NCBI GenBank assembly: GCA_041494945.1
Contig: JBGQBP010000002.1
Location: 1 to 47,954 of the forward strand
DNA: 47,954 nucleotides
Reading direction: 5' to 3'
From: Candidatus Binatia bacterium
GTDB lineage: Bacteria; Desulfobacterota; Binatia; UBA9968
Shown here: piece by piece, positions 45,676-47,954 of the stretch
Layout of the letters: every line of letters begins with the position of its first letter
Numbering within the stretch: position 1 is the first letter of the stretch
Position numbers and translations under genes: made by a program
The notes under the pieces: model-generated
What the model saw: the letters and a program-made list of their open reading frames with translations, nothing else
Told to the model about the DNA's origin: nothing
Databases searched by the model: none

Positions 45676-45708
45676 GGGCCGCCTCTTTCGAGAGGCGGCC
45701 CTTTTTTT
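45676..45708 (+). terminator. Rho-independent terminator
   Basis: GGGCCGCCTCT-TTCG-AGAGGCGGCCC followed by T7. Confidence 0.9.
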
Positions 45709-45819
45709 AAATCAAATCTTTCCTCACTGGTCCCACGGCCGCTGTCGCGTGATCTTTTCTTCTCCGTGCCGTTTTGGTAGAGAATCTTATCCGAGGATCG
45801 TTTTGCATTGAGAATCGAC

Positions 45820-46875
45820 ATGGGAACGGGAACTACTTTCGCCGTTGGGTTATTGGCGGCGCTTTTATTGATCGGCGATTGCGGCGCGGCGGAAAATAGC
45901 GCAAGGGATGCCCAGGCCCATTACAACCGCGGCGCCGCCCATATAGGCCAGGGCCAGTACGACAAGTCTATCTCGGAACTCACCAGTGCGATCGAGATAA
46001 ACCCACGCTACACGGACGCCTACTTCAACCGGGGTCTTGCCTATCAGGGCGGGGGTCGGTACGACCAGGCCATCGCCGATTACACCAAGGCGTTGGAGAT
46101 AAATCCGAGATATGCCATGGCCTATTTCCATCGCGGGGTTGCCTATCAGAGCAAGGGGCAGTACGAACAGGCCATCTCCGACTACACCACGGCGCTGGAG
46201 ATAGCCCCCGACTATCCGTCGGCCCATTTTCGTCGGGGCGCCGCGTATCAAAATCTCGGCCGGTATGACCAGGCTATCGCCGACTACACCAAGGCGCTGG
46301 AGTTAAGCGAGACAGCAGCTACCTACCTTCTTCGGGGCTTTAGCTATCAGAGAAAGGGGCAGTACGATGACGCGATTTCGGACTACGACGACGCCCTGGA
46401 GATAGACCCGGGTTATGCCGCCGCCTACCTCAATCGGGGGGCCGTTTATTTCAAGCAGGGCCACTACGGCTGGGCCATCTCAGACTTTAGCCATGCGCTT
46501 AAGATAGACCCGAGGCATGCCGACGCCTATAACAATCGCGGGCTCGCCTATCAAAACTTTGGCCGGAGTGATTTAGCCCTCTCCGACTACAGCAAGGCGG
46601 TCGAGATCGATCCGAGATATGCCCTCGCCCATTTCCATCGCGGGACCGTCTATCAGAACATACGCCAATATGACGAGGCGATCTCTCATTATGACAGGGC
46701 TCTGGAGATAGACCCCGGCATGCGTCAGGCCTACGCCAATCGGGCGCTAATCTACTTTGCCAAGAAAGAATACGAAAAAGCCTGGCAGGATGTGCGCCAA
46801 GCCCAGAGTTTAGGCTACCAGGTGGCGCCCGAATTCCTGAAAGAGCTGCGCGAAGCGTCGGGAGGAGAAAAATAG
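45820..46875 (+). CDS. Exported tetratricopeptide repeat protein (9 TPRs)
   Basis: Hydrophobic N-terminus and nine repeats of Y.NRG.AY...G.YD.AI.DY..ALEI.P. Confidence 0.92.
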   Translation: MGTGTTFAVGLLAALLLIGDCGAAENSARDAQAHYNRGAAHIGQGQYDKSISELTSAIEINPRYTDAYFNRGLAYQGGGRYDQAIADYTKALEINPRYAMAYFHRGVAYQSKGQYEQAISDYTTALEIAPDYPSAHFRRGAAYQNLGRYDQAIADYTKALELSETAATYLLRGFSYQRKGQYDDAISDYDDALEIDPGYAAAYLNRGAVYFKQGHYGWAISDFSHALKIDPRHADAYNNRGLAYQNFGRSDLALSDYSKAVEIDPRYALAHFHRGTVYQNIRQYDEAISHYDRALEIDPGMRQAYANRALIYFAKKEYEKAWQDVRQAQSLGYQVAPEFLKELREASGGEK

Positions 46876-46911
46876 GCGCAGCCAGAGAAAAAAGAGGGTG
46901 TCTTAGGGGTG

Positions 46912-47146
46912 ACGCCGGACACCGGGCCAGCGTCACTACAGATAACCGGAACACTGTCACCGGAAACGACACTGGCCTCACTTGTGTACAGGCCATAGTA
47001 ACCGGCATAAAATCTCCCACCAGCATCGCCCCGTTTATACCGGGACGAGTCTTATTACTGGCAATCAAACTGCTGACGTGACCATTGCCGCTCCCTCAGT
47101 GGCGAGCCAAACTGCTTACAATAAGAACTGCTTCACGGACGCGTAA
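46912..47146 (+). pseudogene. Frameshifted 3'-end paralog of the secreted protein 44647..45648
   Basis: From 46941 it reads DNRNTVTGNDTGLTCVQAIVTGIKSPTS (versus DNRNTVSGHDKGLACAQGTVTGLKAPTS). After a frameshift near 47035 it reads ...QTAYNKNCFTDA* (versus QAGYNKDCFTDE*). Confidence 0.8.
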
Positions 47147-47190
47147 GCTTAGAGTTAATCCCTGCTAAGCTGGCCCCTTGCATAACCAGG

Positions 47191-47220
47191 GGCTGCCTCT
47201 TTCGAGAGGCGGCCTTTTTT
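47191..47220 (+). terminator. Rho-independent terminator (near-duplicate of 45676-45708)
   Basis: GGCTGCCTCT-TTCG-AGAGGCGGCC followed by T6. Confidence 0.88.
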
Positions 47221-47332
47221 ACCTTCTTTTCGGCCCGGTCTTCCTTGCCTTCACTTCCATCCGGATTAGCCCCTCTAATCATAAGGCTACCAGGGGTGTT
47301 CAGATCCCACCAAAAAAAGTTGTATTTTTCGC

Positions 47333-47374
47333 TTGACAAGGGGTGCTCATTTGGTTTAAAAGTCCTAAGACTTT
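47333..47374 (+). promoter_or_regulatory. Candidate promoter and operator upstream of the porin gene
   Basis: TTGACA at 47333-47338; palindrome AAAGTC-CTAA-GACTTT (47359-47374) over the -10/+1 region. Confidence 0.45.
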
Positions 47375-47487
47375 AGATGCAGTAGAATTTTTTATTCGTG
47401 CGTAGTGGCATAATATTACGACCTTAGACTTAACCAAATGGGCTTTTCGATGTAGTCAGACCTTGTTTAGGAATAGAGGAGGCGACA

Positions 47488-47954
47488 ATGAAAAAGTTAT
47501 GTAGTTTTACCGCCGTCGGCTTCATGCTTGCTGTAATTTTTGCAGTGGCGCTGCCGGCACGGGCCGCCGATGTGGATCAGAGGATCAAGACGTTGGAGGA
47601 CGAGCTGGCGCGGCTCAAGACCGAGCAGACGCAGGTGAAGGCGGAGCAGATCGAGCTCAAGAAGAACGCGCTCGCGGCCGAAGGCGCGCTGCCGACGTTC
47701 AGTTATCGTCCCGGCAACGGGATACTGATCGAGGCCGCGGACAAGTCGTGGTCGTTGCGCGCCAGCTTCGAGGCTCATCTCCGGATGCTCTTTGAATCCG
47801 GGCTCTCCCATGTCGGCCGCACTAACGGCGAGATTATGGGGCGGAGATTCAGGCCGACTTTCGATTACTGCGTGAACAATTGCTTCTGGGAGCTTGAGTA
47901 CTCCCTGGACAACGATGGGTTCGGGACAGGCAATGGGAAGAACGCGACCAACAC
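47488..47954 (+). CDS. Outer membrane porin-like protein (OprO/OprP-like architecture), N-terminal part (runs off the window)
   Basis: Not in the ORF track. GAGGAGG RBS, then MKKLCSFTAVGFMLAVIFAVALPARA signal, coiled coil DQRIKTLEDELARLK, and beta strands (GILIEAADKSWSLR, RRFRPTF). Confidence 0.75.
   Translation, partial: MKKLCSFTAVGFMLAVIFAVALPARAADVDQRIKTLEDELARLKTEQTQVKAEQIELKKNALAAEGALPTFSYRPGNGILIEAADKSWSLRASFEAHLRMLFESGLSHVGRTNGEIMGRRFRPTFDYCVNNCFWELEYSLDNDGFGTGNGKNATN

Noticed and set aside
45820-46875. CRISPR-like periodic DNA repeats (about 102 bp)
   Set aside because: The periodicity is explained by 34-aa TPR coding repeats, and there are no cas genes.
47172-47194. Antiterminator hairpin GGCCCCT/AGGGGCT overlapping the terminator
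   Set aside because: It overlaps only a few bases of a much stronger stem and follows a pseudogene; there is no evidence for a switch.
45409-47220. Diversity-generating retroelement TR/VR pair
   Set aside because: Differences are not restricted to adenines, indels are present, and there is no reverse transcriptase in the window.
47497-47811. Minus-strand 104-aa ORF
   Set aside because: It is antisense to the porin-like gene, which has an RBS, signal peptide and coiled coil.

Overview
A GC-rich bacterial chromosomal window from a diderm organism (lnt, bamD, TolC and a porin are present). The gene repertoire resembles Candidatus Binatia or related deltaproteobacteria, but that assignment is my inference. 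From left to right it contains: (1) a minus-strand operon alternating ABC solute-binding proteins (SBPs) with two UbiD-family (de)carboxylases and a bicupin; (2) lnt; (3) a two-SBP ABC transporter followed by a VOC protein, an atypical M24-fold hydrolase and a hypothetical protein; (4) a flavin reductase, an APC permease, pduO, fabI and a rhodanese; (5) a NitT/TauT ABC transporter divergent from a DUF1989 - UbiD - three-subunit molybdenum hydroxylase operon; (6) two divergent RND efflux operons around a TetR; (7) a BamD with a long repeat-bearing tail; (8) secreted or lipoprotein hypotheticals, a TPR protein, a frameshifted copy of the 3' end of the neighbouring secreted gene with its terminator, and the start of a porin. 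I saw no rRNA, tRNA, CRISPR array, transposase or reverse transcriptase. Several families of short palindromic repeats occur, and one appears inserted in frame in an efflux adaptor gene. The best candidates for undescribed biology are the two UbiD-centred catabolic modules, the coding palindrome insertion, the BamD tail and the silent 3' cassette. Many starts were moved from the ORF track to better-supported start codons. Two partial genes absent from the track (1..161 and 47488..47954) were read directly from the sequence.
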